From Leptolyngbyaceae cyanobacterium (GTDB taxonomy: Bacteria; Cyanobacteriota; Cyanobacteriia; Phormidesmidales; Phormidesmidaceae): a stretch of DNA of 64,000 nt. Under the pieces are notes generated by a model that did not search any database, had not been told where the DNA came from, and was given only the letters and a program-made list of their open reading frames with translations. Positions 22,740-33,244 of this stretch are shown here, piece after piece. Each line of letters opens with the position of its first letter. Position 1 is the first letter of the stretch. The DNA lies in the NCBI GenBank assembly GCA_965263355.1, contig CBDHHL010000032.1, positions 800,001 to 864,000 of the forward strand, given 5' to 3'. The translations under genes and the position numbers were made by a program.

Positions 22740-24455
22740 ATGACTGAGACCAAACAGAGAGATGTGCAAGTATTGCCCATTGCGTCCGACACTCTTGTTT
22801 TACGCTCTCGCAGCTGGAATCGTCTGCGGTTTGAAATTGAATATGCCCTGGAAAAGGGAACAACAGCAAATTCATATTTAATTAATGCGGATCGGGTTGC
22901 TTTACTGGATCCGCCTGGCGGCTCATTTACAACTATCTTTTTAGATACGCTGCGATCGCACATTGCCCTTGACCAGCTCGACTATATTATTTTGGGGCAC
23001 GTTAATCCCAACCGATTAGAAACCCTGCAACATCTGGTCAATGAAGCTCCCCAGGTGACAATTGTATGTTCAAATCCAGGGGCAATCGCCATCAAGGCAG
23101 CTGAGCTTTCTCTACAAAATCCGCTGCTGGTTATCAAGGGCACCGACGACATGCTTGACCTTGGTCAAGGCCACAAACTGCAATTTATGCCAGTGCCCAC
23201 CCCCCGTTGGCCCGATGGACTCAGCACCTACGACCCCATTACTTGCACTCTATATACCGATAAGTTCTTCAGCGCTCACCTTTGTAATGACGACCCCTAC
23301 GACCTGAACTGGGAGGCTTTATTAGAAGATCGTCGTTACTATTTTGAAACCGTTATGGCCCCCAATGCCAAACAGGTTGCCACTGCTTTAGAAAAGCTCA
23401 GTGAATTCCCAGCTCATCTCTATGGTGCTGGCCATGGTCCTCTGGTGAAATACGGCATTCACGAACTCACCCAGCAGTACCAACAATGGTGTGACCAACA
23501 AAAACAACAAACCCTGAATGTGGCGTTAATTTACGCATCGGCCTATGGCAATACGGCCACCATTGGCCAAGCCATCGCCCGAGGAATCACTAAAGCCGGT
23601 GTTGCTGTCGAATCGATCAACGCGGAACAAGCTCCTCAAAGCGATATTAAAACCGCTGCTGAAACCTGTGCAGGCTTCATTCTTGGCTCTCCCACCCTCG
23701 GTGGACACGCTCCTACCCAGATCCAAACAGCCTTAGGATTGCTACTCTCCACTGCCTCTAAAAATAAGCTAGCCGGTGTATTCGGCTCCTATGGTTGGAG
23801 TGGTGAAGCCATTGACCTACTCGAAAATAAATTACGAGACGGTGGCTATAGCTTTGGCTTCGAGCCCATTCGAGTAAAATTCAAACCTGATGAGGTCACT
23901 CTTAAATACTGCGAAGAAGCGGGTACCGACTTTGCCCAAGCCTTGAAAAAAGCAAAGCGCGCCAAGGCTCCCCGCACCCCCGCCAGCGATGTTGAAAAAG
24001 CCGTGGGCCGGTTAGTTGGCTCTCTGTGTGTGGTCACCGCCAAACAAGGTGAAGTTGCCAGTGCCATGCTGGCCTCATGGATAGCCCAAGCTACCTTTAA
24101 CCCACCGGGTTTTACCGTTGCCGTCGCCAAAGAACGAGCCATTGAGACTTTAATCTACCCAGACAATCCTTTTGTGCTCAATATCCTGGGTGCAGGCAAA
24201 CAGTTAGGCCCCATGAAACAATTTCTCAAACCCTTTACACCGGCAGAGAACCGATTTGAAGGCGTCGATATTGATATTGCTAATAACGGGGCTTATATTC
24301 TCAAAGATGCGATCGCTTATTTAGAATGTACCGTTAAAAGTCGTATGGATTGCGGTGACCACTGGGTTGTTTATGCCACAATTGATAGTGGTCAGGTCCT
24401 CGACATCAATGCTAAAACCGCTGTCCACCACCGCAAAACAGGCAATGTCTATTAG
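22740..24455 (+). CDS. Flavodiiron protein (diflavin flavoprotein), Flv1/Flv2-type
   Basis: Beta-lactamase-like, flavodoxin (YASAYGNT) and flavin reductase domains. Non-canonical HVNPNR site instead of HTEPDH points to the Flv1/2 group. Confidence 0.9.
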   Translation: MTETKQRDVQVLPIASDTLVLRSRSWNRLRFEIEYALEKGTTANSYLINADRVALLDPPGGSFTTIFLDTLRSHIALDQLDYIILGHVNPNRLETLQHLVNEAPQVTIVCSNPGAIAIKAAELSLQNPLLVIKGTDDMLDLGQGHKLQFMPVPTPRWPDGLSTYDPITCTLYTDKFFSAHLCNDDPYDLNWEALLEDRRYYFETVMAPNAKQVATALEKLSEFPAHLYGAGHGPLVKYGIHELTQQYQQWCDQQKQQTLNVALIYASAYGNTATIGQAIARGITKAGVAVESINAEQAPQSDIKTAAETCAGFILGSPTLGGHAPTQIQTALGLLLSTASKNKLAGVFGSYGWSGEAIDLLENKLRDGGYSFGFEPIRVKFKPDEVTLKYCEEAGTDFAQALKKAKRAKAPRTPASDVEKAVGRLVGSLCVVTAKQGEVASAMLASWIAQATFNPPGFTVAVAKERAIETLIYPDNPFVLNILGAGKQLGPMKQFLKPFTPAENRFEGVDIDIANNGAYILKDAIAYLECTVKSRMDCGDHWVVYATIDSGQVLDINAKTAVHHRKTGNVY

Positions 24456-24457
24456 GC

Positions 24458-25261
24458 CTAAAGCCATCCCAACCAATTAGGCATACGACGGTAAAACAGA
24501 GACTGAAACCCTTTTCGAGCAAATCCAAAGGGCTGAATAATTATTGACCACATAGGTTTTACAATCTCCATCAACCGCTTAAACGGGCATTTTGTCGGGA
24601 CAGTCTCCATTTCCTGCACTGTTCGCCTAGCTTCAGCTAGAGCCCGTCTGGCTTCAGTCAGTTTGCCCCCAGCAACGATGGTAGCCATTTGTTCCAAATA
24701 AGCTTCCAGATATTGAACCCTGAGCTGAGGAGAATCTGTAACCCGACTCAAAAAAGGTAAATCAGATTCAGTCATAAACCGAATCGCCAGCATCGGGACT
24801 GGACTTTGCAATGGGCGAAAGTTTGGATTATGCAAACCAGGACTCTGATTGAAGCGATGGAATTCCCCTAACATCAAACCCTTTTCCACAAAAAAAGGTT
24901 TTAACGTTTTTTGTACCTGATCAATCACATGACATTGATCATCCGGAAGATCTGAAAACACCAGTAACAAAGCTTTATAGATCGCTAGCTTCCCTTGTTG
25001 AGGCAACTGCTCTAAAAACGTTTGACGATACTCCTTTACCAGCTCTTCTAAGTCAGCTTGGTTCATACCATTCATAGAGATCTCCACCAGCTGAATCGTC
25101 TCTAGCTTTAACGAACGTGGTACGAACGGACACACTAATCCAACTCTCCCAAGTTCAGCATGGGGTTTAGCCAGGAAATTTTCAATCCACTCAGTTGTCT
25201 TTACCAAAGAAGAAGATGCGGCAACATACTCTTTTAGCTGGCTGGGCGTCATCAATTGCAT
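24458..25261 (-). CDS. DUF6875-like protein
   Basis: Motifs WIENFLAKPHAELGRVGLVCPF, GLMLGEFH, PGLHNPNFRPLQSPVPMLAIRFM..DLPFL. Start may extend to TTG at 25285. Confidence 0.75.
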   Translation of the reverse strand: MQLMTPSQLKEYVAASSSLVKTTEWIENFLAKPHAELGRVGLVCPFVPRSLKLETIQLVEISMNGMNQADLEELVKEYRQTFLEQLPQQGKLAIYKALLLVFSDLPDDQCHVIDQVQKTLKPFFVEKGLMLGEFHRFNQSPGLHNPNFRPLQSPVPMLAIRFMTESDLPFLSRVTDSPQLRVQYLEAYLEQMATIVAGGKLTEARRALAEARRTVQEMETVPTKCPFKRLMEIVKPMWSIIIQPFGFARKGFQSLFYRRMPNWLGWL

Positions 25262-25493
25262 CACAGGTCTCTTAATCTTATACAAAGTTCGGCGTATCTA
25301 AAACATTCAAACTTGATTAGTTCACTTAAGTTCAATAAAAATGCAAACGACAAAACTTCAACAAACCCATCATGAGGTTGTCGTTCATTAAACTTTCAAG
25401 TCAGCACTACGAGAACAGGCAAACTAAAGTCTTAGAACAAATTTTCTATCCTAATTCTAGATTGCCCTAGAGTTTTTACCGAGAGCCGAAGCT

Positions 25494-25863
25494 TGAAATC
25501 ACTAAAACTTCAACAAAATAGGAAATAAATAAAATTACTTTTCCGTTGCTAATCCTTACAGAGAATACACTTATTCAAAATATACAAGAATATCCCTTTT
25601 GGAATACCTAGAAAGCCTTAAAACCATTACCAAATAAAGATTATTAGGTTTTAAAATAAACTTAAAATCAGCCTTATTCAACAAATAGTTATCAATAAAA
25701 AATCTCTCATCAATGAGGAAATTTTAATGAGAAGCTTTCATTTTAGAGGGCTATCACTATAACTTTACTAACTTCTTAAGGGAGTCTGTCATATTAATAA
25801 GTATATTACTTGATTCTGAAACCACTAAAACTTCAATAAAACAGGAGACAAATGAAGTTACTT
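25494..25863. repeat. 47-bp imperfect direct repeat (25494-25540 and 25817-25863) in the divergent intergenic region
   Basis: tgaaatcactaaaacttcaacaaaataggaaataaataaaattactt vs tgaaaccactaaaacttcaataaaacaggagacaaatgaagttactt, 40/47 identical. Confidence 0.85.
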
Positions 25864-26233
25864 ACCAAATTTAAAGAAGTTCTTTGTATCTAGATAAAGT
25901 TTTAACCAAACATTTGATCCTAATTTAATTTTCAATTTAGCTACAGTTCTGCCCCTCAAATCATTTCTTCTGGTTCTTCGAACCCAGATTTTTTGACAAT
26001 CTGAACAATACCTTAAAAGCAACATCAGACTTTGATAAAGATATCCAAAGTTAAGGCATTTACTTAAATCATCCTTGAAAGATGTAGCCAACAATCTAAC
26101 AACGAAGGGGGCAGTCTTCATTAGTGTTTGCCATTAAAGATGACAAGCCGATCAGTCCCCTGCCAAAGGGGGCATTCTAAGCAAATCAGATAGATATTTT
26201 ACATATTACTGTCAACGTTTTAGCGCTGTCTTG

Positions 26234-28969
26234 ATGAATTCTTCCAAAGTGCCTACGTCGAAACTGCCTAGTTTGTTAAACACCTCCCAAACGGCGGATC
26301 AACAGGAAACATGGTCAAGCTCGCAACTTGACGTGCATCCTGTTAAATTGCCCTCAGCAAACTGTTGCATTCACGACTTATTTGCCCAGCAAGTACAGCG
26401 TACTCCTCATGCCGTTGCGGTTATTACTGAAGATGCCCAGTTTACCTATCAACAGATCAATCGACAGGCCAATCGATTAGCCTATCAGCTATCAACCCTA
26501 GGGGTTAGCCCGAATCAACTAATCGGTATCTGTGTAGAGCGTTCTATAGATATGATCGTAGGACTACTTGGCATTCTCAAAGCTGGTGGTGTCTATGTAC
26601 CTATCGATCCTCATTATCCAATCGAACGAATACGTCTGATTCTGCACGACACCCAGGTGAACATTCTATTAAGTCAAACTCACTTAGAAGAAAAATTATT
26701 ATCTTGCTTACCACAAACAAATAACACTCTCATTTGTTTAGATCGAGACCAATGGACTAATATGCAGTCCTGCCCTGATCTATCAGTACCGGTTACTGCA
26801 GATCAGTTGATGTATGTCATCTATACCTCTGGTTCTACTGGACGACCAAAGGGAGTCATGATTCCCCATAATGGTATCTGTAATCAGTTGTATTGGCGTC
26901 AAACAACATTTCCGCTGACATCTCAAGATCGAGTACTACAGAATATATCCTTTAGTTTTGATCCCTCCGTATGGCAAATTTTCTGGCCTTTATTGGTTGG
27001 TGCCCAGTTGGTTCTACCTCGTCCTGGCGGACAACAGGATATCGCCTACCTAGTTGAACTGATAGCCCAACAAAAGGTATCAGTCATTGCTTTAGTGCCA
27101 TCTTTATTAAGAGTACTATTAGACCAACCGGGGCTAGCTCAGTGTAAAGCATTAAAACACATTTTTTGTGGTGGTGAAGCCCTTTCGCTAGAGCTTCAAC
27201 AACAATTTTTCCAACGTTTCTCAGAAAACTCAGTTCAGTTACACAATGTTTACGGCCCTACAGAAGCCTCCATTGATGCCACCTACTGGACTTGTCAGCA
27301 AACGGTTACTCAGCCCATTGCCCCCATTGGCCATCCTATCAGCAACACCCAGATTCATATTTTGGATCAAAATCTCCAATCTATAGACAACAATGAAACC
27401 GGTGAAATTTATATTGGTGGCGCAGGCCTAGCTAAAGGATATCTCAACCGACCAGAATTATCGGCTGCCAGATTTATTACCCTACCCCAGGATCAATCTC
27501 GTATTTATAAAACTGGAGATTTGGGCAAATATCTACCCGATGGCACCATTCAATTTCTAGGGCGGATTGACCAACAGGTAAAAATCCGGGGCTTTCGCAT
27601 TGAACTCGGGGAAATTGAAAGCTGTCTCGACCAACATCCAGATATTACCCAAAGTGCCGTTATTGCCTGGGAATTTGCACCAGGCCAAAAGCGCTTGTTT
27701 GCCTATTTTGTTCCTAATACAAAGGTTCCACCGGATGTAAAAACTATACGTGCATGGCTGCAACAAAGGCTCCCAGACCATATGGTGCCAGCTATGTATA
27801 TGCCCCTAGACTCATTTCCCTTAAATACCAATGGCAAATTAGATCGTAAAGCATTACCTACACCAGTCGCTCCAAGTACCTATGTCAGTGATTACAATAA
27901 GCCGTTTGAGGATGAGTGGTCGAGCAAACTAGCAACATTATGGCGTCAGATCTTACAAACATCGTCCATCAGCCAAACTGATAATTTTTTTGAGTTAGGG
28001 GGTGACTCACTACTAGCGGCCCAACTCTCAAATCATATCGAACAAACATTTAATCAACCGTTTCCAGTTGCTAATCTATTTAAGGCACCTACATTAAAGG
28101 CGATGATCACTCTCCTTAAGGAGAATACAAGTTATAAACCTGGGCAAGTATTGGTACCTATTCAGCCTCAGGGAAATAGACCACCCTTATTCTGTTTACA
28201 TACCAAAACTGGTAGTGTCTTTGACTATTATGGCTTAGCTAAATACTTAGAGCGTGATCAGCCAGTTTATGGCATTCAAGCAAAATGGGTTGATAATCAA
28301 GAGCTGGATTGGGACCTGATTAGTCAGCACTCGTGCGATCGCGTCGAAACCATGGCCAGAGACTATATCCAAACAATCCAGACTCTACAACCTCAGGGAC
28401 CTTACTACCTGTGTGGTTATTCCTTTGGCGGACTACTAGCCTACGAAATTGCACAACAGCTGAGCACCCAAGGCCACATTATCGGCCTATTAGCCCTCTT
28501 CGATACCTACAACCATGCAGGTGAGTGGTTTCATGAACCTCTATCATTACGACTACAAAATGCAATCAATAAAATTCAAAAATTATCCTGGCATGAAAAA
28601 CTTGCCTATGGGCAGGAAAAATTAAAGCGTATCACAACTATATCTTTACAATCCCCCTCCCAAAGCAATCAGAAGATTTTAGAAAAGTTCTCCACCCAAG
28701 CAAAAGTTTGCGAAACTGCGTTGAAACACTACTGCCCCAAACCTTACGATGGGGAGTTAACCTTATTTCGTGCTGAGCACCCCCCTGCAGCCTATGGTTA
28801 CCAGGCCATCAAAATAGATCGCAACCTAGGCTGGCATCAGGTCGTTACTGGGAAAATTAATATTCAACCCATGGCATGTCATCATTTTGTTATAACCGAT
28901 GAGCCCCACATCCAAACCCTTAGCGAAAAACTACAAGATCTGTTAAATGAGCGCCAAAAACATAAATGA
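26234..28969 (+). CDS. Standalone single-module NRPS-like enzyme (A-PCP-TE)
   Basis: A-domain cores YTSGSTGRPKG, YGPTE, YKTGD, QVKIRGFRIELGEIE and NGKLDR. PCP FFELGGDSL. TE GYSFGG. No condensation domain. Confidence 0.95.
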   Translation: MNSSKVPTSKLPSLLNTSQTADQQETWSSSQLDVHPVKLPSANCCIHDLFAQQVQRTPHAVAVITEDAQFTYQQINRQANRLAYQLSTLGVSPNQLIGICVERSIDMIVGLLGILKAGGVYVPIDPHYPIERIRLILHDTQVNILLSQTHLEEKLLSCLPQTNNTLICLDRDQWTNMQSCPDLSVPVTADQLMYVIYTSGSTGRPKGVMIPHNGICNQLYWRQTTFPLTSQDRVLQNISFSFDPSVWQIFWPLLVGAQLVLPRPGGQQDIAYLVELIAQQKVSVIALVPSLLRVLLDQPGLAQCKALKHIFCGGEALSLELQQQFFQRFSENSVQLHNVYGPTEASIDATYWTCQQTVTQPIAPIGHPISNTQIHILDQNLQSIDNNETGEIYIGGAGLAKGYLNRPELSAARFITLPQDQSRIYKTGDLGKYLPDGTIQFLGRIDQQVKIRGFRIELGEIESCLDQHPDITQSAVIAWEFAPGQKRLFAYFVPNTKVPPDVKTIRAWLQQRLPDHMVPAMYMPLDSFPLNTNGKLDRKALPTPVAPSTYVSDYNKPFEDEWSSKLATLWRQILQTSSISQTDNFFELGGDSLLAAQLSNHIEQTFNQPFPVANLFKAPTLKAMITLLKENTSYKPGQVLVPIQPQGNRPPLFCLHTKTGSVFDYYGLAKYLERDQPVYGIQAKWVDNQELDWDLISQHSCDRVETMARDYIQTIQTLQPQGPYYLCGYSFGGLLAYEIAQQLSTQGHIIGLLALFDTYNHAGEWFHEPLSLRLQNAINKIQKLSWHEKLAYGQEKLKRITTISLQSPSQSNQKILEKFSTQAKVCETALKHYCPKPYDGELTLFRAEHPPAAYGYQAIKIDRNLGWHQVVTGKINIQPMACHHFVITDEPHIQTLSEKLQDLLNERQKHK

Positions 28970-29981
28970 ATCAACGGTTTGGCTAGACAATTCCAGAATC
29001 ATAGCGATGGTTGCCGTAGTTCTTTTACATGTAGCCACCATCGTCATGGTCTCCAATGATATTGGCTCTAACTATTGGTGGTTCGGCAATATCTATAACT
29101 CTCTGGTTAGGTGGTGCGTACCTGTTTTTGTGATGCTCAGTGGGGCACTATTACTCGATCCTCACAAACAAGAAGACCTATCAACATTCTATAGAAAACG
29201 TGCTTCTAGAATTTTAATACCTATCCTAACCTGGTCTTTTTTTTTCCTGAGCTGGCGCTTTATAAAAGGTAGCCTTCAAGGAGACCCACCCAAAATTCTA
29301 GAACTATTGGGAAATTTAGTATCTGGCAATCCCTACGAACACATGTGGTTCTTATACATGATTTTAGGGCTATATCTATTTACGCCATTTTTTCGCAAAA
29401 TTGTCACTAGTACGACTAAACAAGAATTCAATATTCTTATTATCGCAACATTTTCCCTGGCAGCCATAAATCACTTTTATACGAGCTTTACAGCCACTGA
29501 ATCCAAGCTCTTTATCAACTGGTTTCTGCTATACATACCGTTTTTCTTTGTTGGCCATCGCATACGCAACACAACAGTCCAACCCCCTAAGAGTATCCTA
29601 TGGGTTACATTTCTCACCTCAACAAGTTTAACTGCCCTTGGTTGTTATGTTCGAGCAATCTCCCAAAACCTTCCCTTAGATTCATATTTTTATGGATATT
29701 TAAGCCTCACAGTAATTCCTATGTCCATTAGCGTGATGTATTTACTAAAAACCTGGAATACTCCTATATTAAATAATACATTTACCAAAAAGTTGTCATT
29801 ATTCACACTTGGTATTTACCTTATTCATCTTCTCTTTTTAGAAGGAATAATCAAAATAGGGTATGCTACCAAAATTCATCCTGTTGCGTCTGTTCCTGTT
29901 GTTACAGGAATCACTTTCATGCTCGCTTTTACAGGAACTTGGATACTGTCCAAAATTCCCTATCTTAAAAAGAGCATCTAA
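28947..29981 (+). CDS. Acyltransferase-3 family membrane protein
   Basis: WLDNSRIIAMVAVVLLH, VPVFVMLSG, HMWFLY and LGIYLIH. Overlaps the NRPS stop. Confidence 0.9.
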   Translation: MSAKNINESTVWLDNSRIIAMVAVVLLHVATIVMVSNDIGSNYWWFGNIYNSLVRWCVPVFVMLSGALLLDPHKQEDLSTFYRKRASRILIPILTWSFFFLSWRFIKGSLQGDPPKILELLGNLVSGNPYEHMWFLYMILGLYLFTPFFRKIVTSTTKQEFNILIIATFSLAAINHFYTSFTATESKLFINWFLLYIPFFFVGHRIRNTTVQPPKSILWVTFLTSTSLTALGCYVRAISQNLPLDSYFYGYLSLTVIPMSISVMYLLKTWNTPILNNTFTKKLSLFTLGIYLIHLLFLEGIIKIGYATKIHPVASVPVVTGITFMLAFTGTWILSKIPYLKKSI

Positions 29982-30235
29982 AATTAGATCCACAAAAGAC
30001 CTACTGACACTGCCCAAGACTAATGGAAAGACAATTAGGCTTCAACCTTAATCTTTTAGACTAAATTATAGAAATTACAGTTTGAGTCAGACGCATTAAA
30101 TGCAACGCTTGGCCAGTATTCTGTACCAGGATTCATGACTCTTTACATGCCCCATGAGTAACTAGCTCATAGGGCTAAAAGTATGTTACCTATAGAAATA
30201 TTTCATTGTTCAAAACTACTGTTTAATCTCGATTT

Positions 30236-31660
30236 ATGACCGCTGCACCGTATCAATCTGCCCTTTTTAAAAGGTGTAAAGAAATCCATGGATTTTTGTC
30301 AGATTGCCAGCGACAGGCGACTTACAATCAGCATGCTAAGCTTGCCAACATTACACTTCCCATCAGTACTATTGAACCGTGGCTAGCACTACAGCATTTA
30401 GAGGCCACCTATCCGATACATTTTTACTATTCGACTTCTCAATATACCCTTTTGGGGTTAGGCGTAACTATTACTCAGCACACTGCAGGCTCCGATCGAT
30501 TTGAACGCCTGCAGCAATTTGTAGATGTTTGGAGACGTCGTATCTTGTCATACAATCGTGGTAAGCTACCAGTGAAACCTTATTTTCTATGTGGTTTTAC
30601 CTTTTTTGATCAAGTTGCTAACAGTTTATTTGACGCAGCTCAAGTATTTGTTCCTAAACTGCAAATTCTTCAACATGCCGGTCAAACAACCGTAAGCTTA
30701 AATTATCTAATTGATGATGCAGTGAATATCAATCGTCTTGTGGATGATATCAGACAACAACTCCAGGCATTGGAAACTGCAGCTAAGAAAGCAGCCCACC
30801 AGGCCAGGATATCATTCTCGAATCTCTCAAAAACTCCTAAAGTTGTTAGAGATGTAGGCAACTTTGAGCGCATGGTCAGTAACGTACTGCCTGCACTAAA
30901 CAGTTCTAGTCTACACAAAGTGGTACTTGCCGATGCACTTGATGTATTATCTGCAAAACCTTTTAACATTCCAGCTTCTCTCAAAGCTCTTGGTACTGCT
31001 TACAATGATTGTTGTATCTTCTCATTTAGCAATGGTCAAGGTCCCGTTTTTATGGGAGCAAGTCCAGAAAGATTGTTGAGTATTACTACATCAGCTAGAG
31101 GAAAGCATCTTACCACTGATGCTTTAGCAGGTTCTGCCCCTCGAAGTAACAACATCCAGACCGATCAGCTGATTGCCAAACAATTGCTCAACGATCCCAA
31201 AGAACGTTATGAACATCAGGTTGTTGTTGAATTTATCGTAGACCAATTAACCAAACTAGGTCTAAACCCTAAATTTGCCAGTATCCCATCCATACTTCAA
31301 CTAGCTAACATCCAACATTTACACACTCCCATTCAGGCCTCTTTACCCAATAACCTGAAACCGTTGACTCTAGTTAAGACATTACATCCTACCCCCGCTG
31401 TTGCCGGTTTACCCAGACCCATTGCCAGCCAATTACTCAACACAACAGAATCTTTTGATCGAGGACTTTACGCCTCTCCCCTTGGCTGGATTGATGCTAA
31501 TGACAATAGTGAATTTGTTGTGTGTATTCGCTCTGCCCTCATTGATGGTTGTCAGGCCAGATTATTTGCTGGAGCCGGAATTGTTGCTCAGTCCAATCCT
31601 CGCAGTGAGTTGGCAGAAGTTAAACTCAAGTTGCAGGCACTTCTGGGGACCTTAGTGTAA
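30236..31660 (+). CDS. menF: Isochorismate synthase
   Basis: Chorismate-binding motifs KVVLA, GASPERL, ALAGSAPR, KERYEH, LHPTPAVAG, RGLYA and AGAGIV. Confidence 0.88.
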   Translation: MTAAPYQSALFKRCKEIHGFLSDCQRQATYNQHAKLANITLPISTIEPWLALQHLEATYPIHFYYSTSQYTLLGLGVTITQHTAGSDRFERLQQFVDVWRRRILSYNRGKLPVKPYFLCGFTFFDQVANSLFDAAQVFVPKLQILQHAGQTTVSLNYLIDDAVNINRLVDDIRQQLQALETAAKKAAHQARISFSNLSKTPKVVRDVGNFERMVSNVLPALNSSSLHKVVLADALDVLSAKPFNIPASLKALGTAYNDCCIFSFSNGQGPVFMGASPERLLSITTSARGKHLTTDALAGSAPRSNNIQTDQLIAKQLLNDPKERYEHQVVVEFIVDQLTKLGLNPKFASIPSILQLANIQHLHTPIQASLPNNLKPLTLVKTLHPTPAVAGLPRPIASQLLNTTESFDRGLYASPLGWIDANDNSEFVVCIRSALIDGCQARLFAGAGIVAQSNPRSELAEVKLKLQALLGTLV

Positions 31661-31809
31661 GCATATTAGACTATAGCAACACCAATACCCTGTGGGGCTC
31701 AGCCATAGCAAAATCAGTGCTAGTGAATAAACACCTGCGGCAACCGACACATTTATCAGTTACCGCAGGTAAAAGAACTCAGTTATAAATGAATCTCGTT
31801 AATGACCAT

Positions 31810-32760
31810 TTATTGACCGTTACCTGTAGCCACAGCTGGGGTTCCCAGCTGCACATTAGGCGTCTGCACCACAGGAGCTTGCTGACCATTCCACTTATCT
31901 ACACGAGCCCGCTCATTTCGCAGACGCTCTAATTCCAACAGCTGGGGCGTTACCGAACCTGCTCGCAAACGATTTGCTTCGGCCTCTGCTTTTGCCTCTT
32001 CCAGCAAGACTTGGGCCTCTCCCTTAGCACGAGCTACGTTGGCCTCTGCTTCAGCTTCAACTTTACGACGATTAAACTCAGCCGTTTGAGCAGCTTGCTG
32101 AGCCGCAAACTGTTCATCAATACTAGCCTGAATCTCCTCAGGCAGACGTAATGGTCCCAGCAAAGCAACATCCTGTACAACAATAAATGGAAATCGGGTC
32201 TGAGTACAGGTACGTACAGCATCTACCAGTTTTTGCTGGTTGGTCGGTAGCATTGAGGGGGTCAACTGTAAATCTTCAGCAGACTTTCCAAAACAATTAC
32301 GTAAGCCATTACGTAATTCGCTAGCCCGAAACTCATCGGGAGTCTTACGATAGGTTTCATAAAACTCATGGAGTTTTGTTTTAGGACTCCCTGTAATAAC
32401 TTGCTCAGTTGTAAATCCAAAGGAAACTCCCACATCTGCTGAGACAGGGCTACCCCCCACAGAGAAAACAACTGATTCATCATTAGGAGATCCCTCCGTT
32501 GCATCTCGTGTAAACGGATAGGTATTGATAAACGTGGGAAACACCACCACATCTTCTGTATAGCCATTATACCAAACGCGGCCATTGACTAAACGGGCAT
32601 TCTCAATCCCCTTATCACCACCATACAGGCGAATCTTTAACCCCGCATAACCAGGCTCAACTGTTGCCATGCTAGTCCCTGGAACAACCCCACAGCTTGC
32701 TGTCACCACTCCCAAAATCCCGAGAGAGCAAACCGTTTTCAGAAATGTTGTGAATTTCAT
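31810..32760 (-). CDS. SPFH/band-7 (prohibitin-like) lipoprotein
   Basis: Lipobox VTASC, VEPGYAGLKI, C-terminal A/E coiled coil, KWNGQ. Confidence 0.85.
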   Translation of the reverse strand: MKFTTFLKTVCSLGILGVVTASCGVVPGTSMATVEPGYAGLKIRLYGGDKGIENARLVNGRVWYNGYTEDVVVFPTFINTYPFTRDATEGSPNDESVVFSVGGSPVSADVGVSFGFTTEQVITGSPKTKLHEFYETYRKTPDEFRASELRNGLRNCFGKSAEDLQLTPSMLPTNQQKLVDAVRTCTQTRFPFIVVQDVALLGPLRLPEEIQASIDEQFAAQQAAQTAEFNRRKVEAEAEANVARAKGEAQVLLEEAKAEAEANRLRAGSVTPQLLELERLRNERARVDKWNGQQAPVVQTPNVQLGTPAVATGNGQ

Positions 32761-33137
32761 TTTTGATATCGTCTCAGTAAATCCGCAGCGGAGAGTTGGA
32801 AACGCTAGGAATCAGGCTCAGCAATCAACGTAGAAAATATCTCAAAGTCTTGACGAACTCGTAACGACGTCGTACCAAGAAAATCTATCCAGGTTAACTG
32901 TTGATACTCCGAAAAGTAGTTAACAAACAAACGACGTGCTTTACGGGCATCTATCCTACGTATGATTACAATCTATATCAATAGATTTAATAAACCCTGG
33001 GTAGCCAACCAAACTAGTAGCCCAAAAAAAGGATAATTGGAGTTTAAAAGTTGAGCTGCGATCTCCATCAACAAAAGACATACTAAAAGTTCAATTACCC
33101 CAAGTAATATCCAACGGCAGAGAATTTTCACATTCAC
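32757..33137 (-). pseudogene. Small membrane-protein frame with two in-frame TAG codons, ending in an ATGA overlap with the SPFH gene
   Basis: Manual translation: VNVKILCRWILLGVIELLVCLLLMEIAAQLLNSNYPFFGLLVWLATQGLLNLLI*IVIIRRIDARKARR...AEPDS*RFQLSAADLLRRYQK*. Confidence 0.55.
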
Positions 33138-33244
33138 CTATGGCTAACATACCGAAAAAAAGCGTCAACCTTAGTCGATAGCCTATTCCACTCTCGCTAT
33201 AAAATACTACAGGCAACCTAAATCCCATTTCGGACCATCAAGAA

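Noticed and set aside
26100..26180. GC-rich patch upstream of the NRPS as a possible cobalamin or c-di-GMP riboswitch
   Set aside because: Only scattered short matches; consensus cores absent
30236..31660. menF as part of the NRPS cluster (aryl-acid siderophore logic)
   Set aside because: The A domain retains the amino-acid-binding Asp, no entA/entB/pchB-like genes are present, and menF is a core phylloquinone gene. The adjacency is probably incidental.
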